Under the pieces are notes generated by a model that did not search any database, was not told where the DNA came from, and saw nothing but the letters and a program-made list of their open reading frames with translations. Position numbers and translations under genes: made by a program. A stretch of 63,811 nucleotides of DNA, filler included, from Perkinsus chesapeaki ATCC PRA-425 (taxonomy: Eukaryota > Protista > Perkinsozoa): NCBI GenBank assembly GCA_013115145.1. It is 9 parts of 9 records of this genome, joined end to end, with 100 filler letters (N's around TTAATTAATTAA, not from the genome) between each part and the next. Parts side by side here need not be neighbours in the genome. Positions count along the whole stretch, not along the records: positions 32,369 to 51,177 come from JAAPAO010000652.1; 8 more parts are not named here. One strand, written 5' to 3'. Every line of letters begins with the position of its first letter. Position 1 is the first letter of the stretch. Positions 35,425-48,210 of this stretch are shown here, piece after piece.

Positions 35425-36600
35425 TTATGGGTTACCCGACGATAGAGCGTTATCACATATACTGGGATTACATGGCTGATCACCGTGCTTACAGACAGGC
35501 ACTTTCAACCACCACTTGCAGTATGTACTCAAATTCTCTGCCAGGGAGGGGTTCTGTGCAACACAGAAAGCATCACAATTAGCGTTCGGGGCACTATGAG
35601 TGTCACCCTCAGTCTCCGCAGGGATCGCTGGCGTTCTGAAGGATATAGATGGGGTAGTCGATGCACATTCTCCAACTCCACAAGACTGATCTCCTCCCTT
35701 GCAAACAGCGGCTGCCTTCCACCATTTACAATAGGAACCATCACCATTAAGACCAGCACAGTAAGCATCACATTCTTGAGAAGGTCCAGGATGAGCACCA
35801 GGCGCCGGTGTTGGGGTCTTCGGCTCCGGCCACTCTTGAGAACTACACACACTTACATCACCACACGGCTGATCGCCTCCTTGGCAAACAGGAGTGTCCA
35901 TCCACCACTTGCAATAGGAGAGAACGTCGTTCAAACTCTTGCACATATAGTCACACTCGGGATGGTGCAGACCATCCGCACTAGATACTGTAGGAGTAAC
36001 CGAATCAGAGGAAGACTTGGAGGGCGTCGATACGGAGCTTACGGAGCAGAGATCAGCGGTTCCACAAGGCTGATCAGCACCCTTACAAACAGGGTCAGTG
36101 AACCACCATTTACAGTACGAATTAACATCATTAACACTTTTACAGAAGGCATCACAAGCGAAACGCACATCGTTCGGGTCAGCAACAACACTAACGGTGG
36201 TATCAGGAACCATACCAACAGTAGTGTCAGGATATATCCCTGTAGTTGTATCAACATAGGACCCTGTAGTAGTGTACATACTATTAGTAGTGGTAGCATA
36301 TGGTTGACTGGTAGAGGGTGCCGACTCCGTCATTGGTACCGATTGCAAAGTAACCGTCGTTACTTCAATTGCAATAGATGGGACCGGGCCTTCACCACAG
36401 GGCTGATCGCCCCCTTGACAGAGCATAGGTGCTAGTTCGTACTTGCAATAGCTATCAGGACCGTTCTTGTACTTGCAGAAGTCGTCCCATTCGAGAATGT
36501 TACTCGGTGGTGATAATGCATTAGAGAATGGGGGTTGCTCACCCTCTTCATCCTCATAACCAAGAGCGTTCGCAAAGACAAGACCAAATAATAATAACAT
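35425..36600 (-). CDS. Secreted Cys-rich protein with five CxxxC...SYCKWW...VCxGGDQPC modules and a Thr-rich linker
   Basis: Signal peptide MLLLFGLVFANALG; five repeats visible in the translation; intronless. Confidence 0.85.
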   Translation of the reverse strand: MLLLFGLVFANALGYEDEEGEQPPFSNALSPPSNILEWDDFCKYKNGPDSYCKYELAPMLCQGGDQPCGEGPVPSIAIEVTTVTLQSVPMTESAPSTSQPYATTTNSMYTTTGSYVDTTTGIYPDTTVGMVPDTTVSVVADPNDVRFACDAFCKSVNDVNSYCKWWFTDPVCKGADQPCGTADLCSVSSVSTPSKSSSDSVTPTVSSADGLHHPECDYMCKSLNDVLSYCKWWMDTPVCQGGDQPCGDVSVCSSQEWPEPKTPTPAPGAHPGPSQECDAYCAGLNGDGSYCKWWKAAAVCKGGDQSCGVGECASTTPSISFRTPAIPAETEGDTHSAPNANCDAFCVAQNPSLAENLSTYCKWWLKVPVCKHGDQPCNPSICDNALSSGNP

Positions 36601-36817
36601 ATATAGACAATAATATTAATTAATAAAAGATGCAAACTGGAGGAATCTAACGGTTTCACGAATGCCTTATCGGGCGGGCGAGTATCTTTGTAACGGTCCA
36701 CCTCCACCATTTGAATCTTACTAGGAGTTGCCCTTACCAGACTTATCGTTACTAACACAACCATTCAACAGTGTTGTAAGGAAAGGTTACGTGAGTATCT
36801 GTCGGTTGATAACATCC

Positions 36818-37318
36818 CTATGGATCTTGCATTAGCTCCTCAACCTTCCAATCCTCGTACCTAAAAACCTTCTACGCCAAACACTACCAGCGAATCTTAC
36901 GTTCCATCGGGCAGAAACCTTCGTACAATAAACGGAATAACTTTGGCGACCAATTCCTTCTCGGCGATTGCCATTGGATCTGTCTCGCCTTCTGTATCCA
37001 CCATCACAGGAGCGTTCATTGATATCTGCAACGCTCGGGTGCCGATTATCCGAGCTCGTTCGTATCTAAGATACTCACATACCAAATACCCAACCACTGA
37101 GCGTACTTGGTCATATACGGTGAGGTTCTTCGGGGCCCTTCAGCCTCCCGGGCAACAAACTCATCGTCCTTGGGTTGGGTCGGGACCCTGCCAGTTGTAA
37201 TAACTTCGGCACCGCCGGCTACTTCCTCATCGGCGTTAAGATCGGGCATGAGATCATCCTCATCGACCTCTAAGTCACCGTCATCTTCGGGATGGTTGCC
37301 ACCACCTAGATCTGCCAT
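36818..37318 (-). CDS. RPB6: DNA-directed RNA polymerases I/II/III subunit RPABC2 (3 exons)
   Basis: Acidic N-terminus, [10 protein letters not shown]|[18 protein letters not shown]...[13 protein letters not shown]|YEDWKVEEL. Confidence 0.95.
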
Positions 37319-37784
37319 TACTAATAGTACTAAACGTGCATACCATTACAGAATACTTATATACTTCCCTTTCAATAAACGGTTGATTTATGTTACCAAA
37401 TAATAAGTGTTATTGAAAGACACCTGTTGTTCGTCGTTATTATTATGTACATCTTAACTGTTAATAAATTCACCAACGTTCCATCATTTACATTACCGGA
37501 AATGGCAGCAGAACGTCTCGTTTGGTAAGAAAGTGCCCGTTTTGGAAATCCTTCGAAGGAGCGAACACGCAGCCAAAGACATTCCTAGAATGAGCAAAGT
37601 TGTTATTGTTCGATATTAGCATTTTACGCAGTGTATAGTTTTACGGACGGTCCGTTGGGACGCGAAGTCAAATCGATTATAATGGCACGCGCGAGAGATT
37701 CGAGTTCGGAAAAGGTATTAGACATATTGTGGTGACAAATTGGCGCGTTGTTGTTGTTGTTGTAAAGTGTAGTAGTATTGTCTA

Positions 37785-40298
37785 ATGGCTACTACAGGAT
37801 TGGTGAAGTCGATCCATAGCGATGTTGCTGTCTACGACTTGGCAGCGGGAAAATCTACACCTCAATTTATGGAGGAGGCCAGGAAGACTAATAAATCATT
37901 ACGATATGATAATGATTATAGAAGGAGGCTTGAACTATTACAGGACTTTGAGTTCCCTACTACTAGCACTACGTAGTATCTTGGGGTTGAGTCTGCAAGA
38001 TGCACAAAAGGTCGGTTTAGGGTCCGCGTATCGCCCGACGGAACGTGTATTCTGGCTACTGGAGTATATCCGCCAGAGATACGTCTCTATGAAACTGCTG
38101 AGCTCGGATTGAAGTGTGCTAGAAGGCTCGACCAGGAAGCTATCGATGCCATATTCCTTGGAGAAGACTACAAGAAGTTGGCGATCCTCGGATCTGATAG
38201 GACCATTGAGTTCCATGCCCAATATGGAAAGCACCATACACTTAGAGTAGTAAGGGAAGTTATAATGCTTATAAGGTATAAGGCATTAATAGTGTATAGA
38301 AAACCTTATAACAGTTAAATCTCTCAATCGTATTTCCTATTTGAACATTACTCAGGCGAACACTGCGGGTGTCCCAAAGGCTACTGCTCCTCTCTCCCTC
38401 TCGTGCCTTATAACCTACTTTTATTCTGTACACTCTCCGCCTGTCTGTTAGCAAGTACATCCACTTGGTGGGATCAATGTTTCGGCACTGGAAAGGAAAC
38501 TGTAAAAATTGATTCCTCTATGTGGTACTCGTAACCTCACCCCATTCCCGAAGGCCATGCTAAAATGTAATTATGTTTCATCAGATTCCAAAGTTCGGTA
38601 GAAACCTTCAATACGATAGGCAGACGTGTCTTCTTTATATAACATCATCAACCTCGGAGATATTCCGTCTGGATCTGGAGGAAGGCATTTTCGCTGCTCC
38701 TCTGGTCGCAAGAGATATGGAGTTTGTCAGTAAGTATCCTCTTAATTATTCTGACACCTCTAGCTGTCCCATTTCAGACGCCTCAGCATTAGCTCCTAAT
38801 GGTGCCCCACTTCTCCTGTTTGGTGGCTCAGACGGGCATGTCCAGATTACCGACACGAGGGAGGGCCCGAGTGCGATCGCCTCGGGAGTAGTTGCTCCGG
38901 CTGAGGTTCGCTCAGTAGCTTGGAGTCTGCCTGACTGCATGCAAGTCGCCGCCGGTGATATTTCCGGGCGCGTGACGGTTTGGGATGTCCGTTCTAGTCA
39001 CCCATTAGCCGAAAGGGACCATCGGAATGGTGTACCAGTTCACACTGTGCAGTGGCAGTCTCGCGGTGTACTGTGCTCCTCGGACTCGCGAACGATCACC
39101 TTCTGGAGGCCGGATGTGAACCGTGGAGAAGTCGTCACATCAATACCCTCGAAAACTACTATCAACAACGTGGCATTGTGGCCGGGCTCTGGCGTGGTTT
39201 TTGCGGCGCGTGACGAACCTAGAATTGGGACTTATTTCATTCCCGAGTTGGGAGTGGCTCCCGAATGGTGCGGGTTTCTGGACGGTCTTACTGAGGAGAT
39301 GGAAGAGACCAATACAGGGGCTGTCACTAGCGTTTATGATGACTATGTATTCGTCACGAAGAAAGATCTGCAGCAGCTCAGTGGTGCTGATAGTCTTATT
39401 GGCACTAACCTGCTTAAGGCTTATATGCATGGTTATTGGATGGACAGGAGACTGCATGATAAGCTTGTTAGGGTAATAGGGAGGGGGTATGGTTGGAAAT
39501 ATATAAGGGCATGCTGTTAGTGACAGGAATGACTAGTGAGATGCTTCTAGAAACTGTCTCTGTACGATATCCCAAATTGGCTATCTGAAGAATATGCTTT
39601 AGGTGTTTGGAATGATTGCGCCATTTTTCATTTACTTCGAGATCATATATGTTCCAACTTTCAGTTGTCCGACACCACATTCTCACTAGAGGAGCACGAG
39701 AAGGAGCGTATTGAGCAGGCAGTGGATGCCAAGCGACCGATGAGGCGACCGGCACCGAAACACGTCGACAAACCGAAGGTAGTAGGGAAGGGTGTGGAAT
39801 TTAATCTCGCCTTTGTTGTCACTGGAAATCGGTGAGTACAGTACGGGTAAGGTGGGGGGCCAAACAAAGACGCTGGTGATGTGTTTAGGTTAACGCACGG
39901 TTCATGGAGAAGGCAGCGAGCGAGTCGGCCAAACAAGTGTTGGAGGATGATAGATTCGCCAAGTTGTTCAGCAATAAGGACTTTGAGATTGAGGAGGTTA
40001 GGGGAGGTACTACTAGAGGGAGGGCCCGTGGTTTGGATATCCCATACCAACTTTTCGTCCCGTCCCGGTTTATGTTACGTGTCGATCTAGGCTTTGTATT
40101 AGCACCTGATGGATTTCAGATGAAGTTGAGGCTGCTCTTAACGATGCACCGGCTACTACCACTACTAGCACTCTGTCCGCGGATATACTGACAGCAAAGG
40201 GAGATGAGGCGACAAGTCATAGTGGACGGGGGAAGGGTAAAGGAAAGGGAAAAGGGAAGGGAAAGGGGAAAGGAAAGGGTGGTCGAAGGAGATTCTAA
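37785..40298 (+). CDS. NOL10: Nucleolar protein 10 / Enp2 (WD40, NUC153), multi-exon
   Basis: [80 protein letters not shown]; ends in (GK)n-GGRRRF. Confidence 0.92.
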
Positions 40299-40588
40299 TA
40301 ATACCAATACGTCAATAACTTGTTCATTAAATCATTACGTTTCTACTGCTAATCGATATAAGGAGATGGGTTAAGTGGTATAATGGTGGGGGCACTAGAT
40401 TGGGGTACAGTAAGAAGGGAAATGAGCACTTGCGGCAGCATGAAGGGAAGTTCGAGCAGGTGTTCTTATATCCAAATGGTAAAGGCCTTAGGATTAGTGC
40501 ATGAAAAGCTGCCTCTCACCAACTTGTCAGATTCACGAATCTGTGATTTGTTTTTGTTAGTGGCTTTGTTGCTGCTGTAACTAGTTGA

Positions 40589-43500
40589 ATGGACCATCAA
40601 CATAAATCGAGTTCTGGTCTCCGGCAGACCAATAAGCCTCATAGTGGCAAGAAGGTGTTGGACAAGGGAAGGAGGACGCCGGTGAAGGCGACTGCAGTTG
40701 GATATAGTAAAGATATAAGTAAACAGGATAGGAGGAATCAGGCTAAGCAATTAAGGGATAATAGAAGGCAATCGTTGATAGCGAAGAAGCGAGGGCCGTT
40801 GGGGAAGGAGGGCAGTAAAGGGCCGATTAATGTGGCATTGGTTGCCTTTAATGGCGATGTTGATATGCGGAGACTGTGGGGATGCTTTGGGAATGAGATG
40901 GATTGGAAGGAGGACTCTGTTAATGTGGCAACGCTTGAAGGAGTTAGGGTGATAGTGTCACCGTTGCGGACGATTCACAGTTGCTTGGATACGGTGCTGG
41001 CGTGTGATGTGATGGTAGCTGTATTTGTGGGGGACAGATTGTGTGACCATGAGCATAGTGCTTTTGATGAGCTTGGATATGATATACTTACCAACCTTAA
41101 AATGAATGTAAGTTGGTAATCGAAAGGTCCCGGGTTCGATCCTCGGTTGGGGTATTTTCAGGGTTTACCGGGTGAGGTTATTGGTATAACAGCTCCGTCC
41201 AAGAGTAATGGAGAGGATCTGCTATCTGATAAGCAATTGGATGGAAGTCTTAAGACTGTTCAAAGGTAGGGCCTACGATTGAGGGGGCAATCTGAGCAGT
41301 ATAGGGTATGCTGAGTAGTTCGATGAAGTTAATACTTATTCGTTGATGAGGGTGTCCTTGTAGTAATACTTCTCAGGGCAATGATACTGCATATAGTGGC
41401 CCTATAATAGTGTGGAGTCAGGCAGTGATGTTATAACAGTTGGAGGGACAGCTTTCAAAGCATCATCATCATCAAGCTTCCGATTAAGCTCTTCATGTCG
41501 AAGGTTTTATACTTAGTTTTATTATTATATTATCTCGAGGTTTTGTCAGACGATTATTTATTAAAGTCGCCTGTTTCTACATATCACATGTTCAAGTGTT
41601 ACCTTATAACTTGCTGTATTCTCTTGTCAAGGTACCTGCGATCTGAGTTGCCTCGTGCAGAGAGTAAAATGTATAACTTGCCTAAGGATTGTGAAGGTCT
41701 GCTTAAATGTCTACAGGCATGTGGCATTGGGGCTAGTAGTGAAGGGATGAAATGGAGAGAGGAAAGGGTAAGTGAAGTATTCAGTCAGTCAAAGAGTCGT
41801 ATGTACAAATTTATTAATGTTCTCGTAGTTGGATTAGTATAGGGGATGTCATACTGTATTCATAGTCTAGCAGGCACACACAGCTATATTTAGTCGCTTT
41901 CATGGATAGTAGAATGTATCAGATGAGTTTGGAAAGTGTATAATAGTATCATCGGCTTAGGTGGATTGGTAGAGCGTTTCGTCTGTATCCGGATGGTCGT
42001 AAGTTCGAATCCCTGCATCCATGTGTAGGGTTATATGATAGTGGACCGTATCCAGCCCGAAGCCGACAGCAGTGAGCCAGGCCATTGGGCAATCTCTGGA
42101 TGGGTTAAGGGAGCTGGCTTCGCTTGCAACTATGGCAATGATGATGATGGTGAAGGGGCATGTGTACATATCACCGGTTATGGAGATGCTGTGTTGGAGG
42201 GGATTACTAGCAAGGATGGTGAATTGGTAAGGGGCATTTGGGGGGGGGGAGGGTTGGAGGATTATGTACCGAGTTTGAAAGAGCTAATTGTTGTTAATAT
42301 TTTTCGTGTACCCAAGCTGGCACTGCCTGTATCATTAACATTTCTATAATAGTAAGTGTGTCCACATATTTTCAAAACGTGTTGGCTAAACTTCAACTCG
42401 CTCCTCTCAGACAGCTTCCCTTTTTTGGGTTTCTACATGAACGCGAGTTGAATATTTTTGTCGCACTGTTGTTGCCGTTGTTGCTTTTTACACTGTGCCT
42501 CCTCCTCATGTGCTGCCCGTTCGGTCAATGGGTGTACTAGTGTCAGCCTTTGTGCCACTTTGTTGTTGGATGTTTGCTTCTGCCACTTGGCGAGGCAGCC
42601 GCTATTATTTTCATGTGTAGATTGATCGACGGTTGTATCCTGTAGCGGAGAGGTTGAGACCATATGACCCAAGTGAAGAGGAACAGACATGGCCAACTGA
42701 GGAGGAGTTAAATGAGGCTAGCAGAAAAATGATTAAAATGCCTCAAGGTGTTAAGGGGGTGGTCTGTGCTGCTGATGGTTGTGGGTTCCATTCTTGGTGG
42801 GGGCATTTAGTGAGCGAAAACTGCCTATTAGCCAGCCACGCGCATGCGTGCAAGTTGCAAGTGTCACCTTGGAGATAGTTTACCCGCTCGAACCTCGGAT
42901 ATTTGATTTTGTATTCAGGAGCTGGTCTTAGTGACTTTGAATTAGCATGGTTAGGCGAGGAGGCTGATGGGGATGATGGGGATGATATGATGGTTGATAC
43001 TGAGGTCAGGGGGGGGTCTGGAGGTTGGAGGATGTACATTTCTGCATTATATTTATATTGAAAGTTGGAGACATATTGATAGTTCTGGTGACTTTTGGGG
43101 GGGAATGAGTGTCACCTTGGGCATTAACTCGGCCATCTTGTTGAGTGGGAAGGTATGTCTGTGGCGTTATCATAATACAGATAAGATTGATAATAATGAA
43201 GTAATACTTCATTACTTGAAGACTATATGAATTTGTTATTACCAAATTCAACTCTACTCTTCTACTACCAATACAATGACCGACAGTTGGATCTTGGTAT
43301 TGTGCCGTTTACTACTAATAATGCTCTGTCTTGCGTCACTCGCCCCGAAATTGTGTGTATTTTATAGGGAGCAGCGGATAAGACTACCGAAGAGCAGGTT
43401 GAAGTGAAGCATAAGATAGAGATGGAAATGAGATCGAAGGAGGAAATGGATTTCCCAGATGAGGTTGATACACCATGTGATCAGCCAGCAAGGCAAAGGT

Positions 43501-45266
43501 GCCGAGGGTGGGGATCGAACCTGCGACCATAGGCTTCCGAGATTTGTCAATCGCATTTTTGGAGTACCTCGGCGCTCTTTCTGTTTGCAATATGCTACTG
43601 TAGGAGGCTGTTGATATATGTATATCTTCAACAGGCACCAGGCAACTGTGGTGGATGAAATTCTTCGATGTCCGAGACTTCCTACATACCATCTTTTTGT
43701 TTTCAGATTCCAGAAGTACCGCGGTATGCAGTCTCTCCGAACCAGCGTTTGGGACCCCTATGAGAGCCTCCCGACCGAGTACAGTAGGATCTGGGAGTTT
43801 GAGAGTTTCCAAGCGACAGCGAAGGCGTCAAAGACGGAGTACAGGAACGGTGTTAAAAGCGAAGCGAAGGAGGGAAAGTAAGTGTTCTGGCGGTTGGCCC
43901 GTTTTTACGGTTTTTCTATCAGTTATGTGACTTTGCACGTATCCGGTATGGAAGGCCTGTCGTTCGATAACCGAGTACCGTTAATTGTATCCTCGTTGTT
44001 CCGCCATGAAACCAGAGTCACGGTTATGCACGCAAGTCTCAGCAGGACGCCAGAGTAGGGGATGTTGAGGAATTTCGTGGCGAGTGACGTTTTCAGAACT
44101 GATGATGTTGTTATCAAGTCGAAGGAGATGGTGCTGATGAGGTGTGGGTTCAGGAGTCTGCCGGTGAAGCCCACATATGCTAGTGTAAGTTGCCGGCTGG
44201 TTTGATGGCGGTTTACACTGTTCGCTGTAATGAAATAGAATAATTTAATTAAGCGAGTTATAGTAACCAACTTGGTGCTAGGATGGGATTGGTCTTTGTT
44301 TCTACACCAAAAGCAAACGTCGAATGGATTCCTCCGGGGCCTAGCATCCGACGCTCTTCTATGAAGCTCCTCCCTGGCTGTGACGTGACGCCGCTGTATT
44401 GTTGTTATTGTGTGTATATTTGTTATCATTTGTCCCTTCAGACTATCAGAGGTTCTGGAGGCTCTGGTGGGTCGGCTAATGAGAAGGGTAGGATGTTGAG
44501 ATTCTTCCACCCTAATGCCAAGTCAACAACACTTGCTTGGTAGGAGAGGTTAGAGATTTCCGAATCATGTGGTCGATGTGTCTTGGCCGATTGGATATTC
44601 TAATGTAAACTACTAGCGATTTAATTAGGGTCGTTAATTGAAGTGATCGTTAAGTAATATTACACCTTATACCACTTAAGGGGAGTTTTGCGGAATTTCC
44701 ATCCGATATACTGTTTTCCTCTTGCATTCATCAGCTCTATTCAGACGTCTACTTTAGAGTGTCTACTTTACTCGAGGAAGGCACCTTGCGCTGTTGTGTC
44801 AGTTTCTACTCGCCAGTGATGTTCCCTCCGGCACCCTGTCTGATGTACACGGCTGATGGGCAGAGGCTCACGGCATGGGGTAGCATCGAGGGATCTTTCC
44901 CTGCTAAAGTGCTTATAAAGAGAATTGTTCTCACAGGGTGAGCTTTCAACTCGACCGTTTTCATATCTTGCACGGTTCGACCTTAGATACCCTTATCGCG
45001 CACACAAGACAAAGTCCGTAGTTCGATTTATGTTCTTCAACCCCGAGGATATCAATTGGTTCAAGCCAGTCGAGCTTCAATCCAAGAAGGGCCTCCGCGG
45101 TCACATCACCGAAGCACTGGGAACTCACGGTTATATGAAGTGTCGATTCAACGGGCAAGTGACTCAAGATGACACCATAATGATGCCCCTTTACAAGAGG
45201 GCCTTCCCTAAGTGGTACCCTCCAGCGTGGGGGATGCCTGAGACGTACAAATCCACTGATGAGTAG
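40589..45266 (+). CDS. TSR1: Pre-rRNA-processing protein TSR1, multi-exon
   Basis: [20 protein letters not shown]...[43 protein letters not shown]...[15 protein letters not shown]. Confidence 0.93.
41108..41161 (+). ncRNA. 54-nt TSR1 intron consisting almost entirely of a tRNA 3' half (Thr-like, GGT loop) plus T4
   Basis: GTAAG-TTGGTAA-TCGAAAGGTC-CCGGG-TTCGATC-CTCGG-TTGGGGTA-TTTT-CAG; the T-stem pairs fully; splicing restores KMN|GLPG. Confidence 0.7.
41951..42022 (+). ncRNA. Degenerate full-length tRNA-like element at the 3' end of a TSR1 intron (acceptor AG at 42027-42028)
   Basis: A-box-like TAGGTGGATTGGTAGAGC and B-box AGTTCGAATCCC. Confidence 0.55.
43499..43545 (-). ncRNA. Antisense tRNA 3' half (Phe-like) forming the 5' end of TSR1 intron 43499-43706
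   Basis: Reverse complement reads CGGAAGCCTATGGTCGCAGGTTCGATCCCCACCCTCGGCAC(C). The donor GT is the antisense of the discriminator A plus the first C. Confidence 0.55.
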
Positions 45267-45399
45267 TTACAGCTGGACATATAGGAAGATTTGCCGAACA
45301 ACAACAACAACAACAACACCAACTACCAACGTCGTTTCTCTACCAACGAGAGGGTGTTGATTTCATTGCTTTAATTTTGGTGGTGGTAGTTTTTCCGTA

Positions 45400-48122
45400 A
45401 TGGTTGAGCGGAGCGAAGCAGATGATATTGATGATGAGGAGTTTATGAGAATGGCGTTGGAGGAGTCTGAGAAGGGAAGGCTCACTGCACCACCGAGTAG
45501 GCAGTGGTGGAAGAAAAGATTACTTATAGAGGGCACTTTTGCTTGGACAATATCTCGCTTTGACTCGAAGTATAAAAATATTTAACAGTCAAAGTTTCTG
45601 AGTGTTTAATATGTTTTGCTGCTGTATACAAGTACTGCAGGTTAGCGGTGTTCAGGCGGTCACATGTTATCCTACATCTTTAAAAGTGTATTGGTATAAA
45701 TGGAAATGTCGATGAAAGGTGTTCCAAATTTAGCAGTGGGATCTTCGTGGGTTGTATAATACACAGTGCATTGCAAAAAATATAGTAATTGAATCTGGTC
45801 TGGGTCTTCCGTCCATCACTCTCAGCTATCAGATGAGGCTATCGGGTCAGGTGGTAGAGCAAGTGTCATAGTATGAAAGTAAACTTGATAGTTCATATAG
45901 CTTTTGGGATTCACATATATTTTTGGATTATTCTATGCAGCAAAAAAGTAGATTATCTCGTATCTCCACTCAATACTGAGTGTCATCGAGTGGAATTCCT
46001 AACATGGGTAGTATAATGAAAATCGAAAACATGACACTAAATCGATCAACCGTTTCATGCCTATCTATTGATATCTCGGCGCGCGAATTTTCCAGCGTTT
46101 CTAGTGTTATATTTCTCTTTTGTTCAGATCCTTGGGTTGGCTGTGTAATAGTATATAATGGTAAAGTGGTTGGTAAAGGGTATCATATTAGGAAGGGAGG
46201 ACCACATGCTGAAGTAAATGCATTGAGAGATGTACAGCAGAATAGTGAGTTACAAGAAGGGAGATACGTTTCATAGGTCCAATATTATCATTTATAGGAA
46301 AGCTAGAGTGGCGAATCAATATCTATATTTTTCAAATGTCTGGGAAATCTTGTGGAAAAGTATTGAAGTCGCCTGGAAAAATTAAATCATCGTCGAAGAA
46401 TCTATTAGTTTTCAAGAAAAGAATTTCTTGAGTGAATCGGTTTGGAAAAGTTAGTTAAAAGTGGGTAAGGTCGGCAGAACTTTTAAAGTGCTTCCCCTGT
46501 GAAATATCATTTAGAACTTGCAGATCAGATATTGATACGGATGGTAAGCTGACGGCCTATGTTACTCTAGAGCCCTGCTCACATTACGGCACCACTCCTC
46601 CGTGCTGTAATGCTTTAATAGATGGGAAAGTTAATAGGGTTGTGGTTGGTATCGAAGACCCTGATACTAAAGTGTCTGGAGAAGGCCTTAAACGGTTAAG
46701 GGATGCTGGGGTAAGGAAACGGAGTGCGGCGGGTAGTTGGATAGTTTGACGGCAAATGACCAGTTATCACGTGCAAGTGGTCTACTGTTGGATTGTTGCC
46801 GTTATTTCTGGAACTGCGTATCGCCTATTAGGCGTACTATACAACACCTTGATGTTGGTTGTATCCAGCACAGTTTAACAACTTCACCAGTTTTGGCTGG
46901 ATCACGACGCGCCCTTCGCTCTCCCACACGAATGCTCGTTCCATTGGACATAGTCTTCCATGTCAGATTGACGTTAAAGTCGGTTGCCTGGCTGATGATA
47001 TCACAGAGTCCCTCCGCCCATATATCAAGCATCGCCGTTACGGTCTGCCACTAGTAATCGGTAAAGTTGCTGCGTCACTCAACGGTATGGTATGTTGTGA
47101 AGATGGAACAAGTCAGTGGATAACAGGCAGCAAGGCGAGGGAAAACAGCCATTTAACTTTGCGCGCGCCCTCGCAATCGATTTTGGTTGGCGTGGGAACG
47201 GTGGTTGCTGATGACTGCTCTTTGACGGTGAGGGGAGTGGAGGGTGTGGAGAAGCAGCCATTGAGAGTTGTGTTGGATCCGAGAGGGCGTATCTTGCGCA
47301 CTGCGAAGATTTTGAGGACGGAGGATGCGCCGACGTTGGTGGTGGTCGGCAGGGGAGCTGATACAAGTGGGCTCGAAGGAGTGGATATTTTGGAGGTCGA
47401 TTGGGATGCCCACGGCGGGCTGGATTTGGTGGCTGTTCTAAGGCATCTGGCAGACCGTGGAGTTTTTCAAGTGCTAGTTGAAGGCGGAGCGAAGACGATG
47501 ACAAAATTTATCGAAAAGGATCTGGTAGATGAACTCATGGTGAGTTATGGTTGTTGATCTGGGGGCGCAATCATTCCCGTTTGTAGTGTAGAGATACGGT
47601 AGAGGATTTGATGGGTAAGGCTCGGAAATATACAGATGTTGTGATAGAATTCCTATTATGATACTCGTATATCTCCGAGTTTTATTACTACACTTTCTAT
47701 TATTAAAGTGGTAATTATATAATTAGAAAGGAATATGTTTTCCGGTTATTGGTTTGACCTGAAATGGTTGTAGTTGCGGGGATACTGAATAGTATCGGTA
47801 TTTGATACAGAAGGATATTCAGCCAAAAATATTCTGCTCCGAAGATCGATGTTACCATCTTCATACATTGCATATCAAACTGGCGCTGAAGTAGAAATTC
47901 ATGGAAAGTTTCAAGCTCCGAGCGGAAGGAAACAAGTTAACTGTCTCGCCTTTGACATAGTTCTTTATGCAGGTTTATTATGGTCCTGTTTTACTCGGTC
48001 GCGGGGGTTCTCCTTTTTACATTTCACAAGACCCTCTCACTATTACCGATGCCAGACCGTGGCGCCTTCGAGGAGTCATTCAACTCGGTGATGATGTTCG
48101 CTGCGAATATCGAAGAGGATGA
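45400..48122 (+). CDS. ribD: Bifunctional riboflavin deaminase/reductase RibD (5 exons)
   Basis: TAPP|NPWVGCVIV...HAEVNAL...AYVTLEPCSHYGTTPPC...KVAASLNG...SQWITG...ILVGVGTVVADD...VLVEGG...DELM|VYYGPVLLG...QLGDDVRCEY; GT-AG junctions restore the frame. Confidence 0.95.
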
Positions 48123-48210
48123 AAACGCAGCGATTAACATGCTGTTGGTTTCCTTATAGAACTTGACTTGTGTTATAAAGTTGGAAGGATATACTAGTAA
48201 GGTTTGGGGA

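Noticed and set aside
35485-36435. Long plus-strand ORF (316 aa) and similar overlapping ORFs such as 17627-18100, 47079-47504 and 52456-53343
   Set aside because: Antisense shadows of well-supported genes on the opposite strand.
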